Notes: generated by a model from the letters alone, not told the origin. 64,000 nucleotides of DNA from the human T2T-CHM13v2.0 reference genome, Homo sapiens (GCF_009914755.1 NC_060946.1), one strand, 5' to 3'. Positions 1 through 30,555 are shown, counted from the stretch's first letter. Made by a program: numbers and translations.

Positions 1-79
1 GACTCCACCCTAGAAAGGCTCACAGCTTCAGAGTTTGCTGTATTAGTGTCCGAAAGTATTTCCACCAACTCAGCACCCC

Positions 80-464
<385 letters not shown>

Positions 465-1291
465 TAAAAGACCACCAGGGCCTCTAATCCACCCAGACAT
501 GGGCTTTTGGCCTTGATCCTGTTTTCTGAGCATGGGTTCCTCAGTCTCGGATCCTTGTCAGACAAACAAGGTATTGGGCATGAGAGAGTCTCCTGACCTC
601 TCTCTCCTCTTCCTGGGCAACTAGGATGAATGTAGGATTCCACCCAAATCAGAAGGGAGCCAAGAATGCTGGCCAACTCTTTTTAATAAGTATCCCAGGA
701 GCAGTAAACCAAATGTTTTCTCATTAGACACTTCTTAGAAGCAGAAGCCTTCCCAACTTTGGTAATGGGCCTGAGCTCCTGTCAAGGCTTTTGGGAGTAA
801 TCCACCTTGGGAAAGGAGGGAGGGAGGGAGGGTGTGCTGGGTGTGAGCACTGTGGGTGGGCTTTCCAACTCCACCAGCCTCTGTATCCACGATGAGATGC
901 CACATGGAGTAGACAGAACTCCAGGCCCATCCAGGAGCCCCTGGTTCAAATCCCAGCCTTTTCTACAACTGGCTAGTGACCTGGAGCAGGTCACTCCTCT
1001 CTGGGCTGTAGGATGCTCTTCTGGGGAGCAACAGGACCACGGGACTCCCCTTCTCCATCCTGCCTCAGCAGACCACACTTTCTGGATAGACAGGTCGAAG
1101 GGGTCACAGCAGCCAATGCTGGGCTGTATGAGTCATTGTAGCATCTGTGAACTTTGCCACAGTACTAGAATCAGTGCCAAGAGGTCACTGTCAACGAGCC
1201 TTCCTGATGCGTTCCTGCCCCATGACTGCCCTCCAGTGGCAAGAGGTGGTGGCGTGTAAGTGATGGGGATTTATAAAACCAGAACCTCTAA

Positions 1292-1399
<108 letters not shown>

Positions 1400-2195
1400 C
1401 CGGCTTCAGTGCCTGCCTTGGGGTGAGGAAGACACCTCTGCCCCAGTGGATTAGCAAGTGTGGCAGGCTTAACATGTCCAGGTTCTCCCCAATAACATTG
1501 TCCAGGTTGGTTTTAAAATTCCCAGGCAGGGGGAGAGTGGCATGGGGAGTGACTTCTTAATGGGTAAGGGGCTGCTTACTTCTGGGGTATTGGAAATGTT
1601 TGGGGACTAGGTAGAGGTGAATGTACTAAATGCCACTGAATTTGTATACTTCAGAATGTTTGTTATGTAAATTTTACCTCAACTAAAAAAAAAAATGCCC
1701 AGGTACTGCTTGTGCAGGTGGATTTGAGGTTAGGCAGATGATGCTGTCCATCCCGTACACCAGTGGGAAGAGGGTGAGGGCTGATCCAGAGACCCTGAGC
1801 CTACAGCAAGGCTGTGGTGGGTCGGATGGTCTTTGGATGTGTCAGCTTAGCTAGGCCACAGTCACCAGTAATTCAATCAGACACTAATCTAGGTATTTCT
1901 GTGAAGGTATTTTGTAGATGTGACAGAAGTCCATTCCCAATTGACTAAGTAAGTGAGATTATCTCAGATAATCTGGGTCAGCCTGACCTGATTAGTCAGA
2001 AGGCCTAAAGAACAGAGCTAAGGGTTTCCCTGAGGAAGAAATTCTGCCTGAGGACAGCAGCCCAGTGCTTGGCGAGAGTTCCTGACAGTCTGCCCTTCTG
2101 ATAGCCTGCCTCACAGAGTTTAGACATGACTAGCCAGCTCCTACAATCACTGAAGTCAATTCCTTGCAATAAATCTCAATATATCCCCTACTGGT
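1400..2195 (+). other. UPB1: Probable UPB1 3' UTR; poly(A) signal AATAAA at 2168-2173
   Basis: First canonical AATAAA I see after the stop; cleavage site inferred about 20 nt downstream. Confidence 0.6.
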
Positions 2196-2400
2196 TCTGC
2201 TTCTCTAGTTGAATCTGACTGATACAGATTTTGGTGCCAAAAGTGGTTCTAGAAAAATAGAATCTTAAAGATGAGTTTTCTGCATTGGTTCTGGATTTTT
2301 TTAGAATTCTTCCCTAGTTTGATTGAACTTAAAGGCATCAATGACTCTATTTCCATAGAGTCAGGGTAAAGAGGGTAGTTGGTAGTCCATGGCATGGTGC
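1813..2400 (+). mobile_element. MLT2-family ERVL LTR (~1813-2226) followed by the start of ERVL internal sequence with a tRNA-Leu-type PBS remnant (2232-2247)
   Basis: TGTGTCAGCTTAGCTAGGCC...GTGAAGGTATTTTGTAGATGTGA and LTR end TGGTTCTGCTTCTCT...GACTGATACA, followed by GATTTTGGTGCCAAAAGTGGTTCTAGA. Confidence 0.75.
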
Positions 2401-2672
2401 AGCAATAGTTATTTATGTGCGAGACTAGCCATCAGCCATCAGTTTGTGCCCAGAGTTCCAGCCTGCCCTTTCTGATGGCTTGTCCTGTGGATATCAGACT
2501 TGCCTGACCAGATTCCATCATCATAGAAGGTAATTTGTTGCACTAAATCCTTTTATATCTCTATCCATCACCTACTAATTCTGCTAGTTCTGCTAATGTG
2601 GTTGAGCTCCATTTTACACATCAGATTACTCACTTCTCTACACCTTGGTTTTTACATCTGTAAAATGGGACT

Positions 2673-3776
<1,104 letters not shown>

Positions 3777-4296
3777 TCAACCTAATACAGAAGCCAGCTT
3801 AGGTGACAAATTGGTACATTTGTGAAACAGGCATGAATAAATGGACCACAACTCTTTGATTATCTGCAACTCTCATTGCCTGGAAACAGAACAGTCAGGC
3901 CCATCTTAGAGTATGCAGGCCCTGTACAGCCAAGGTCATTTCAAGGTTTAACTCATCCCTGGAACATGCAGATGCTCAGTAAACATTTGAATGAATCTGT
4001 GGTGGAGGTTTTTGCTTCCTGGTGATCATTGCTGATGCTACAGGGCAGTCTCTCAGACAAGAAATTGCAGTGGTTCAGTGTACATGGCCTGCAGGCCTGT
4101 GGGCCCCTGTGCAATCTTGGATGAAGCCTTCTGACCCCTCAGTTTTCTCACCGGTAAGATAACAGGTGGCTGGGCTCAAGAATTTCTCCCTAGAAATTCT
4201 CAGTTCTGGAAGGCCACCTTCCTGCCAGGCTATAGCTTTATTGCCGGAATCTGGGGTGGAGTAGGTGAACTTCAGTGTGCCCAAAAGAAAAAAAGG

Positions 4297-6345
<2,049 letters not shown>

Positions 6346-6360
6346 CATCAGATCAAAAAC

Positions 6361-14040
<7,680 letters not shown>

Positions 14041-14059
14041 ATGAAGCCTTTTTTTTAAA

Positions 14060-15660
<1,601 letters not shown>

Positions 15661-16044
15661 GTCTACCTCAACCCCAACTCTGCATGCTCTGAGCAGCCAG
15701 CTCCACCCAGCACTCACCATCCCACCCACTTTCGTCTCTCCTGCTTCAACATCTCCCTCATTCTGTTGTGTCTCCTGTAGTTGCATTTGTTGCAGTTCAC
15801 TTGAGCTGAGCCCCGAGGCCCTTCTACCTCTAGTACTGCCTGTCCAGGACAGGCACAAGCATCCAGGCCTGAACGGGATGGATATGGCCCTAGAAAACAG
15901 AAAACAGGATTCCAGTCCCAGCTAAACTGGGTATGGCAAGACAAGGACCTGGGTTCCCATGTGCTCATGCTGAGAACTTGAGAAGGGACAGGAATTCTGC
16001 AGATCAACACAGCTTCATAAAGGCCAGCCAGGGGCTACCACCAT

Positions 16045-18612
16045 TTTGCAGTGAGAATAATGTTTATTGAGAATGGCTCATTACAAACAAAATATATATA
16101 AAATCTCTGCAATGCAAAAGATCCCTTTCATCCCCGTGGCTAGAATGAACAAAGCCCAACTGTCCCACATGGCTTCAGGTGCTGTGCTGGTCCCCAGCAT
16201 GTGAACAGGCTGGGCAGCTGTCGGTGTCATGTGCTGTGGGCAAAAGTCCCTGATGTCCAGGCTCTCTGGCTCCATTTTCATGACTTGTGCAAGAATGCAA
16301 CACAGTGTGTCTTACATCCTGCCTCTGTGACCCTCCCTAGGCAGATGAGTCTTGAGAATGGGCAGCTTTCTCATTCATCTTTCAGGAAGGTGACCTTTAA
16401 CTTGTGGCATGCCCTGAGAAGCCATCCTCTGGGACCAGAGACTGAGTGTTTCTAAACATTTTGGCTGGACTGAGGTGCTGTTACCACCCTCCATGAAGGC
16501 CACTCCCTAGTGACAGCCCTAACAGCATGTGCACTGTCTAAATCACATCCCACCATCCTGAAAACTTCATTTCCTCCCACTGGTTTCCTTCATACAGCTA
16601 TTCTAACGATTTTACCAGAACACCACCTGAAGATGCCCACACCCCACAGCTGCTGTGCATGGGTACTCCTGGGCCACCTGGCATTAAGGCAATGGAGATG
16701 AGACCAGTCTAGAGCCAACACCGGTCTCTGAAACCCAGAAGGGCTGCCCAACTAACAGCACCTCCCTCTTGGCCAAAGGCTTTGTCTAGGGTTGAGAAGC
16801 AATTTGGCTGGGTGGTCTCACTGCCCTCCTAAACAGAGCCCACCTCTGCCCCCAGAGTCATCTGTGCTCCAAAGCAATGGGCGGGGGCACAGCTGCCACC
16901 ATGCCATGCCTTGGGCATTGGAAGAGCAGGACCCAGGAGTGCAGGGATGGTATCACTGTTGCCCCTTTGAAAATGACCCATTTCCCACTTTGGGAGGCCG
17001 AGGCAGGTGGATCACCTGAGCTCAGGGGTTCGAGACCAGCCTGGCCAACATGGCGAAGCCTGGTCTCTACTAAAAATACAAAAAAATTAGCCGGGCATGG
17101 TGGCATGTGCCTGTAGTCCCAGCTGGTGGGGGGCTGAGGCAGGAGGATCGCTTGAACCCAGGAGGCGGAGGTTGTAGTAAGCCAAGATCGTGCCACTGCA
17201 CTCCAGTCTGGGCAACAGAGTGAGTCTCCGTCTCAAAAAAAAAAAAAAAAAATCCATTTCCTTTAGTTTTTTAGGTGCAGACTGGGGTTCAAGACCCAGC
17301 TCCACCACTGTCCTGAGCAGACTCCCAAGACTGGGCCAGCTGCCTCGTCAGCTGCCTCGTCTGAGAGGTGAAGGGGCAGGTACTTAAACCACTGGCCAAG
17401 TCCCTTTCTCTGAAAAAGAACTTGAGCTGGCTAACTGCCCTGTGCAGAGGTGTTAGTGGTTCCAAAGTACCTTCACTCTTGCTATTACTGTTTTACTTGA
17501 AGGTGATTACCCCTCAAAAATGAAAACTTAAATCTCAAAGAAACAACCCCTGACCCCAACCTCCCCAAAAAAGAGGAAGGAAAGAGCTCTATGCTACTTG
17601 CTGTGTTGTAAGATCCTGGGCAGGAACCCCTCTTCTCCATCAAGATAGACAAGACCCAGTATCCTGTGCAATCTGGTGTGAAGACCAGGTTGGGTGGGCA
17701 GCTGCAGGCTGCCCCAGCCCGTTGCTTTGGAGCACAGGCCTTAGCAGCCAACCTTAAAGGACTAGGGGCTCCCCACACTCAAGAGGGCAGACCCTGCTGT
17801 CAGGATTTTGGCTGGTGTCAGGAGGCCTCCTGGGTGCAGGGATCCCTCTGGGGCTAGGGCAGCTGTTTATTCCCAGAGCACTGCTGCCAGCCACGAGGCC
17901 TACCAGTGGGATCTAGGCCCGAGAGCCCTCCATCTGACAGAGCTGGAGGACCTGGAGGGCTGTGGGGGGTTTAAGAGTCTCCAGCGGCCAGGGCTCTGCA
18001 TGGCAGGGCAGCTGTGAGGTGTGTCTATGCTGGGTGGCAGGGGTCAGATGCCCTGTAATGAGCCACAGAAACTTGGGCCCATGGGTAGGCAGGTGGTGGT
18101 GGTATCATCAACCACTGGGCACAGGGGCATATGCAGCACTTCCAGGAGAGAGGGGCCTGGAGGGGTCCTCAGCCCTGGGGGATTGGGGTCAGCTATGCTG
18201 TCTCCAGACACTCACATACTGTCCTGACAAGTGGCATCCGTCAAGCAACTTCTCTCTCCAGGCTCAGTCCTGCGGTCTGTGGGGAGACCATTGCCATGGA
18301 TCTGGCTCAAAGGCAACAAGGGCACTGTCGGGACTGGACTTCCTGTGGGCGCAGCTGGAGTCAAGGCTTGGGGTCTTGGGGTATGCTTCCAGCAGCCAGC
18401 AGGTGCTTGGGGTGAGTGACATGACAACACACGGCACTGGCAGACAAAGCAGCTGTGCCAGTCTCCGAGTTCCTGGGACTCTGCCAGATGGGCTGAGGCT
18501 GCAGTTCCACATTCCAACCCCAGCAGCCCCAAGCCTGGGCCAGGGCGTCCTGAGCGGGCCCGGCTGGGGTGGGGATGGGGTCCGAGGGCCTAGGCGCACC
18601 AGGCTCCTGCTG
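16045..18612 (-). other. GUCD1: GUCD1 3' UTR (~2.6 kb); poly(A) signal AATAAA on - strand at 16063-16068; contains an Alu at ~16985-17252
   Basis: TTTATT on + strand at 16063-16068, downstream of the GUCD1 stop; exact end inferred. Confidence 0.7.
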
Positions 18613-18828
<216 letters not shown>

Positions 18829-19023
18829 TCAAGTCCTCCACCCCCAGGAAGCCCTCCTTGCCCATCCTGGTCTTCATGAGGTTTCTCTGACTCCTCCCCA
18901 GTAAAGCAGTTGGAGAAAGGCCCAGAGCGGGGCAGAAACGTGCTCCAGGCCACATAGACGGGGTAAGTCTATGTGGTCAGGGCGTCCAGGGGCTGTCTAT
19001 GTGAATCCAGTCTATGAGAGTCA

Positions 19024-19743
<720 letters not shown>

Positions 19744-20336
19744 TCAAATGGATCCCTGCTTGTGCCTGTTTCTCTGTTACAAAGCTTGGGGATCGGCTCC
19801 TTTTCCCTTTGCCCTGAACTCCCTGCTCTGTCACTGTGGCCCAGGCTCAGCCTAGAGCCAAGCAGGAGACCGGTGGGGGGTGTGTGTGTGTGTGTCTGAA
19901 TGTGCACAAAGATGAGCTGGCTCTGTCAGGCCCTTCACGGGGAGAGCATTCAGCTCCAGGTGGGTCCAGTCAAGGGCCACTAGAGCAGCACACAGAAACC
20001 ATCCTCCTACTGCACCCCAGCCTGGTTAGTGAATTCTTTTTGCCCAGCCCTGTCTCTCCTCTACCCTAAATCATGTGTGGTTTACATTGAAAACTGCCAG
20101 CCAAGCATGGCTCAGACACTTTCAAAACCAAATGCTTCTCTGAAAGAGCTATTTTACTTTTTTTCTAAGGCTCCTGGTGGCAGAAGGGGCTGCCCAGGAA
20201 GGGCTGGGCCACATTGCTTCCAGGGGAGCTCCAGTTCAGCAATGACATCTACCTGGAGCCTCCCTCACTGGCAGAAGGCACTGCCCCATCCTGTGCCTTC
20301 CACTAGGCAGCAAATCCAAATGAAAACCTAGAGCAG

Positions 20337-21870
<1,534 letters not shown>

Positions 21871-22519
21871 AAACCCCCATTTTCTAAATCACCTATCATG
21901 TGATTATACTACGTCAATAATGAAAATATAAATCCGCAAAGAAAGGGAAAATCTGAGAAGAGCCTGTCCAGGACCTAGAGGCAGCAGGTCTGAGCCCCAC
22001 TCCCACGTAGCCCAGAAAAGAATGTGACCCACATCTGGGCAAACTGCACCCAGAGTCTTCCTGAATCCAGCCCCAATGCATACAGATGAGAAGAGGAGGC
22101 CCTTGTAAGGTCACAGCAGCCCTTACACACTGGGTCCTCCCTGTTCCCCATCCCTTGTCAATCACTGCACCAGCACATTCCTCTTAGGCCATCGCCCTTT
22201 CATTAGGGGCCTTGTGTTCTGTCCCATGCTGTCTTTCTGCAAGTAGCCCAAGGGCTGGGTGCAATCTCTCTCACTCACCTATCCCTCCAGCACCTGCTCA
22301 GGATCCACCCCTGGTCAGAGCCTGGGTCATGTAGCCCCAGTGAGCTCCATAAACCAAGGCTCAAGGGGGCAAGTCAGTGCCCACAGCCACCCGGGTAGCC
22401 AGTTCTGCCTGGCTCCAGAGTCCTAGCCTTTCCTGAACACCATCCCGAGGCCTCCCCACTGCAGATCTGTGGGTGAGCAGGCATGAGAGGAAGGGCAGGT
22501 AGGAAAGTTGGGGGGCTCA

Positions 22520-22783
<264 letters not shown>

Positions 22784-23466
22784 CTAAGCAGGAGCAGGGA
22801 AGCAGGACCACACAGAGGCATGAGGATGATGCTTGAGAGAGGGGTGGGCAGCTGGGCTCAGGTCAGCTCTCTGGGGAGGATCGATCACCCTTGGGCTTGT
22901 ACACTCTGGCAGGCATGAGCAGGAGCCCGTAGCGAATAAGCAAGGGGGATGAGGCTGAACCACCTGGGACAGCTCAGCTACAGCTTGGCTTAGCTAGGTG
23001 TCGTCCACGGAACACACTTTGCTGGCATGGCTATGTTGGCATTATTTTTCAAAAGGCAAAAAAAAGAAAAGATGGTATTTTGGTTTTCTTCTAGACTACC
23101 AATTATATAGCTTAAAAGCTGGCTCTCCTGGTGAAAAGTAAAAAAATGTGCAAATGATGGCCGGATGAGGTCAGTGATGTTCTCAGAGGCCCTGGGCCTG
23201 CCTTGTGCTGAGGACAGTAGAAAAGAACGTAGGAAGTGGCCTCTGCACATTCTGAGGGCTGTAGAAGGCAGGTGGACAGGAGCCAGGACTCAGTACCCAG
23301 ATCCTCTGGGCAGGCCCGACTGCAAGGGCACCTGCTCTGACTGGCTCCCAAATCCTGCCTATAGCCTCTCTGCTGCTGCTCCCTGGTCTCTGCACACCTG
23401 GGTATCTACCTGGGTGTCTAGCCCTTGACTGTTCCCTCTTCCAACTACTGGAACCAGGTGGCCTTA

Positions 23467-23736
<270 letters not shown>

Positions 23737-24522
23737 TCACCCTCCACCCACTGGCCCAAGAGCCCCGTCACAGGTCCCATTCCCCAGAAGTCTCCCTCCT
23801 TCATCATGAGACCCTAGGTCCTGCCCACACACTGCCCAGGCTGCTTGGGGCACCGTCCTGGCTCCAGAGTTGCAGGCCTGGACTCTGCTTCTCAAATCTA
23901 TTGTGTCTTGTGGGCTGTGACCTTGAGCAAGTCATTGTCTTCTCTGGCCTCTTTAGCTTCATCTCTAAAATAAGGTCCCTGATCACATCAGTGGTTTTCA
24001 AAGTTTTAGGCAAAGAACGCTTTTGTTGAATTTTCTCTTGCTGAGATTCCCAGGATGTAAAACAGATGAAGATGCAGCTGCCCTGTGGTTCCAGGAAGCC
24101 AAATGAAAAACTCTTGTACAAGGTGACGGCTACAGTCCCTCTTGGCTCTCACTGTCCAGGTTTCTGTGATATTCACACAGCCTCAGCTTAACGGTCAGCA
24201 CCCCATTCTCCCAGGAGCCAGAAACTGGGGAGTGGAGGGCCTCCTATCCCAGTCACAGAACTGCCTTGTAGGACAGGCCTGGGCACCTGGGACTTCCTGG
24301 CCACCCCAAGCCCCCAGACATTACTATCATGGAGAGCTGGAAGGCCTGGTCCACCCCTTGCTCACTTTTGCAGATGGGACTAGGACCAGGTAGAAGCTTG
24401 GCCTCCTGCAAGCCCCAACCGAAGATAGCTACATGGACCATGGATCCCACCCAGGTCTCTCCCAAGCCAGAGCAGAAGATGTAGATGGGAAGCACCTGGG
24501 CCCCCAGCCCTGGCCCCACTCA

Positions 24523-24639
<117 letters not shown>

Positions 24640-25119
24640 TCAGCGCAGAGCCCACCACTCCCACCCTCATGGGAGCCAGTGTCACTGCCTCCTGCCTAGA
24701 CCCTGCAGGGGCTGCTCAGGGACCTTCCCACAATCCTTCAGGAATCCCCTCAAATCCAGGCTCCTATAATAGCAGTGATCTCCCCAAAACACCGGCCAGA
24801 GCAGGTCAGCCCAACTGAAAATCCTCCAGTGAGCTGGGTCCCACATTCCTTAAGACAATACCTCCATGGCTGCTGCCCTAGCACCCTCTGCACCCTTGCC
24901 TTTGCTTGTCATAATCCCTCACACCCTGGAGGTCTTTGCACACCTGGTTCCTCTGCCTGGACATACCTGGCTTCCCAGGTGCCTGAGCTAACTCCTGCCC
25001 TTGGATGTCACTTCTCCAGTATTGCCCCTCTCAGGCCCAGTGACCCACATGTGCACTCACTTCCCACCATGCCTACTCAAAGCCCTTCTTTTGGTGGGAG
25101 CTCTGAGGAGGAGGGACAG

Positions 25120-25425
25120 AGTCTTTTTCTTTTTTTTCAACAGGGTCTTGCTCTGTCGCACAGGCTGGAGTGCAGTGGCATGATCTCGGCTCACTGCAAC
25201 CTGCGATTCCCGGGTGGCAAGTAATTCTCCTGCCTCAGCCACCCAAGCAGCCTGTAGTCCACAGGCGTGCGCCACCATGCCCAGCTAATTATTGTAATTT
25301 TAGTAGAGATGGGGTTTCACCATGTTGTCCATGGTTCCATGGCTGGTCTCGAACTCCTGACCTCAGGTGATCCACCTCAGCCTCCCAAAGTGCTGGGATT
25401 ACAGGCGTGAGCCATTCCGCCTGGC
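25120..25425 (-). mobile_element. Alu (AluS-like)
   Basis: Reverse-complement Alu with T tail. Confidence 0.85.
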
Positions 25426-27410
25426 CAGCAGGGGCTGTTTTGTTTCCTGCTTTCATTCCAGGGCTGGCACATGGGAGGCACTCAGCAGATAATGTATCTG
25501 AGTTCATGAGGCCCCTGGAGGTTTGCTTGACTCCAAAGACCCCAGGACCACCAGGGTGTGAGACCATGGCCAGGAGAAGGGAACTGTCACGTAAGCTATG
25601 AAGCATATGTAATATTCTTGTGAGCTCCATCCCCCACCAACCCTGGGCGACCTCTCGGTCTGTCTTTGCCAGGCTGTGAGGTGGAGCAGAAAGGGCCTGA
25701 CCTAGCGTTCCAGTCTCAACTGTGCCACTGCTGGCTGGCTGTGGGCTGGGCAGCTGACTTCCTCTTGCTGGAATGAGTCTGGCCATCCCTAAACAGGGGG
25801 ACTTTGGTCTGATTCAGTCATTCAGTCAACAAATATTTCCCAAAAGCCTAGTAAGTGCCTGGTGTGTGTACTGGAGATACAGCAGTGAATGACACAAAGT
25901 CACTCTCCTGGTGGATAGCAAAAATAAGCAAACATAGCAAAATAGAGGCCTAGGCTGGGGAAAACAGTGGGGGTGTGCCTTAGAGGGGATGGGGGAACAG
26001 CATGTGCTAAGGCCCTGAGGTGGGGCAAATGGGCATGTGGCATGCAGGACCCTCCTCCGTAGCCACCTCATGAACCTGGACAAAGTTCAGAGTCTAAAGA
26101 GGAAGAGACTTATCTCTGCTGTTACTCACTCATGACACTCATTCAGCACGTGAAAACCTTGCCCACATTGTTTCCCCATCTGGCAGGTCTCTCCTGGACT
26201 GTGTGACCAGCTCTGTGTAGAGCCACCCCAGGAGCCCTCCTGCTGTGCCAGCCCCAGTTCCCCTCACTTCCCTGTGTGCGCCAGCTAAGACGGCCACTCA
26301 CTAGTCCTGGGATCTGTCCTGGCCTTTCCAACCTACCAGGCTTTGAATCCCAAGTTCCTCCCTTCCTATGTCTGACCTTCCCCAGCCTTCAAGGCCTGGC
26401 TCAGAGGCCATTTCCAGGGCCTTCCCTGATCACAGACTGGCTACACCCTTTCACTCATCTGTACTTCTCTGGGCTTGAGTTCACACTTTGCCTCCTAGGA
26501 TGCGGCCCTTGCATTGAGCTTGTCTGTGCCCTCCTGTGTTGCTTATACGTTCCCAAGAGGCAGGGACCTATCACTGCTCCTGGTGTCTTTCTACTCCATG
26601 TGCAGCAGGGCCCATGGAAGGCACAATGGCATGAGCAAAGCAGGCCACCTGCTAGCTAAGTTGCCTGGCCTCTCTGTGCCTGCTTCTTCCTCTGTGAAAT
26701 GGACTACCAGACGCCAGCCTGCAGGGTGATGTGAACCCTAAGGACAAGAACGTCTATAAAGCCCTTTGCAGGTGCTAATAATGTGAACCTGCCCCCAGCT
26801 GGGGCCTGGTATGCTAAGCCCAGGCTGGACTGAGGCCTCATTCTCTTCCTTCCTCTTAACCCAGATGCCTCCAAAAGATACCCAGGCCGTTCACTCAAGG
26901 CGCTCACATGTTCCCCTGCTATCACTGCCAAGGATTCAGTGGCACTGACCCCTGCCTGTCCCTGCCCCAAATTCCACTCCCAGCACCTCTCCCACCTCTA
27001 CATACAGCAGCCGTAGGGATTCCCATTCAGTTTCCCACTGCTCTTGGAATAAGGTTCTCATCCCTTACCGGGGCCCTGCCTAACCTGGCCTGCCAGCCTC
27101 ATCTTGGCTGCCCTCACCTGTGGTCTAGTTAACCTGTGAACTCATCAAGGCTTCATTCTACCCCAAGGCATCTGCACGTGAGGATCCCTCTGTCTGAAAC
27201 TCTCTCCCGGCTGCTGTTCTCAAGGTTGTGTCCCTTCTAGTCATTCAGGTCCCAGCTCAAAATCTCTTCTTAGAGGTTTTTCTGACTAAGCCTTTGAGAA
27301 ACGAGGGAACTCTCCTTCACAGCATCCTATTCGTTTCCTTCACAGTGCTTGGCAAAAGTAACAATAGCATCAAGCCACTCTCTTGAGACGGCAAGCTTCC
27401 TGAAGGCAGG

Positions 27411-27995
27411 TGCTATGGTATCCTCTCCAAAATTTATGTTGAAACTTAATCTCCATTGTGGTGGTATGAAGAAATGGGTGCAGAAGATATCCACAACCAA
27501 AAATATAAATAAATAAGAAGTGTGGCCTTTTGTGAAGTCAGGAGGGCTCTGCCCTCATCAGTGAACTAGTGCCTTATAAAAGGGCTGGAGGAAACTAGCA
27601 TAGGCCATTTTTTTTGCCCTTCTGTTCTTCTGTCATGTAAAAGCAGTGTTCATGCCCTTTCTGTTCCTTCCACCATGTGAGGACACGTAGGTGGCACCAT
27701 CTACAAGGAACAGGCCTTTACCAGACACAGAACCTGCCAGCGCCTTGATCTTGGACCTCAGAGTCTCCAGAACTGTGAAGAATTAAATTTCTAGAGCTGG
27801 GCACAGTGGCGCACACCTGTAATCCCAACTACTCACGAGGCCAAGGCAAGAGGAGCCAAGGAGTTTCAGACCAGTTCGAGCAAAATAGTGAGACCTCCAT
27901 CTCCAAAAAAGAAAAAAAGAAATTAAATTTCTATTGTTTCTAAATTACCCAGTCCCAGGTATTTTGTTATAGAAGCACAAATGAACTGAGACAGC
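27411..27995 (+). mobile_element. MaLR LTR (MST/MLT1A-like) with an inserted Alu monomer (~27795-27925)
   Basis: TGCTATGG...AAATTTATGTTGAAACTTAATC; GCCTTGATCTTGGAC...CCAGAACTGTGA; GTATTTTGTTATAG...AACTGAGACA. Confidence 0.7.
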
Positions 27996-28096
27996 AGGAA
28001 ACTTGCTGATCTTGTTCACTGTTATTCTCAGTTGCTGGTGTTGAATGTTTAATAGTAACTCAATAAATATTTGCTGGAAGAAATAAACTTTTTTTA

Positions 28097-28580
<484 letters not shown>

Positions 28581-28826
28581 TAAAATAAGCCCTCACTGTT
28601 TGCTAGGCTCTGGGGACACAAAGGTAACTAAAGACCCACCCAAGCCCTGACCCCTAGGGACTCATAAAGAGCTGAGCAGTGGGAGAGCTCTATGCAGGAT
28701 GTTGTGCTGTCACGGTGAATGCCTGCCTGTTCAAGAACCCCTCACAGCAGCCACACACTGCCTTTTTGTTTTTCTCTACTCATACTGTTTCCTCCCCAGC
28801 TTTTGCTCTTGCACATCCCTTAGTCT

Positions 28827-28921
28827 AGGAGTGTCCAATCTTTTGGCTTCCCTGGGCCACACTGGAAGAATTGTCTTGGGCCACACATAAACTACACTAT
28901 CACTAATGATAGCTGATGAGC
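28827..28921. mobile_element. MER30-like hAT DNA transposon fragment
   Basis: GTGTCCAATCTTTTGGCTTCCCTGGGCCACACTGGAAGAATTGTCTTGGGCCACACATAAA. Confidence 0.7.
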
Positions 28922-30555
28922 CTTAGTCTGAAATGTTAATGTTGTCTCCATGCTCTAATCCCTCTCACTCTCAGGGCCCCTCAATATGGAGTCCTTAAAG
29001 AGGCAATGAGAATTCTTCAGTGGCAGATGGGGATGAGGTTGCATTTGCCTCCTTCCAACCCTCAGCCCAGAGTAGGCACTTAGATATGCTTGGGGAATGG
29101 AAGGCGTTTTCCAAAAAGACCTCATACCTTGAGATGCCCAGGCCTACTTGTCACTTCCCTGCTCTGCACCCCTCCTCCCCCAGGCTTCCAGACTACAGCC
29201 CTCTGTGTGAGGCTCCCTCCTTACTCTGTGGCTTGGGCTGTGACACTGACTAGCTGGGCTATCTTCTGCCAGGCTATGACTGTCCATGCCTTTCCATGTC
29301 CAGCTATAAAATGTGGCACAAGACAGCAGCTCTCTCTCAGAGACTCAGCTGCCCCTCCTCCTCTTGCCCTGCGCTCTAGAACTCCTTGATCCTGAGGCCT
29401 GGCAGGCCCCACAGGGCCATCTCCAGCCTCGGCAAGGGCGGATCGGACCTAGAGGTGCTCATGTTGGGGGTGATAAGGTTAGGCGAGGCCTTGGCATCTG
29501 TCCCCATAACAGCTTTAGCCTTCTAAACACAAAGCCACAGCCAGACGTTGCTGCCTGGAGCCAAAGGGCTGCCTGGAAGGCCCTGGCCTGAGCTCAGTTA
29601 GTGGCTGTCACTAAGGAAGGCAAGCAGTGCACTAGCCTTTAATACTTAACCCATCTCAGACTCAGTCTGCTCAGCTGCAAAAGTGCAAATCACAGTGGGC
29701 ACCTACTTCACTGGTTCGTTATGAGGATTAATGAGGCACTGCATGTAAACAACTGCACGCAGCGCGCGCCTGCCTCATAGAACACTCCCTGTGAATGTAA
29801 GCCATTCCTCCTCTGAGGCTCAGGAAAGGCAAGTATCTTGTCTCAGACCACAGGGCTAGACAACTGGAGGAGGAGGGTTGTAAATCCCCCACCAACTCCA
29901 CACAGCAGACACAAAAGGGAACACTCCCTGGGAGTGACACCTGAAGGTCAGGGTCCCACATGCTGTTGACCTCTTCCACAGTTGGCACTTCACTTCAGAG
30001 TTTACTAGCTAGAACTCCGTTTGTCATCAACCCCGCGCCTTCAGCAGGACAGGAATCACGTCTTCCCCCTCCCCTACGTCTTGGGCAAGCAAACTAACGG
30101 CCAAGACATTGAATACCAGTCCGGGTCTCCGCCCCAAAGGGGCTCAGGCTACCGCGTGGCAGAGAGAACGAAAGTGAAGAACAAGAGCAAGACAAAACGC
30201 CGAGTCTCGGAGGCCAGGGCACTGGCCCTTCCATTGCTCGGTGCTCTCGGCCAGTTTCCTGCCCTTCCCAGCCTCAGTCCTCCACGGTTTCCCAAGGCAT
30301 GGGAGCTCCCAAGGCGGCTCCAGCAGGACTTTTCGCTTCTGGGGAAGGTGGTGCCCCTGCTACCCGGACCTTCCCACCATGCTGACAAGGGTCGCAATCC
30401 TGCGAGTGTCAGGAAACCCCCACTGACTGGAACCAGGCGGGTGTGGGGGCGAGGCGGGAGTCGGCCCAAGGTCGCGCGACTGGACCCTGCCCCGCGCTAG
30501 GGAGGGGTCCCTTTCGTTCCTAGGGTGAAGACTGGGCCCACAGAGAGGCACTGAC

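Noticed and set aside
818-832. (GGGA)3GGG G4-type motif in the UPB1 intron
   Set aside because: Common simple repeat, nothing else points to function
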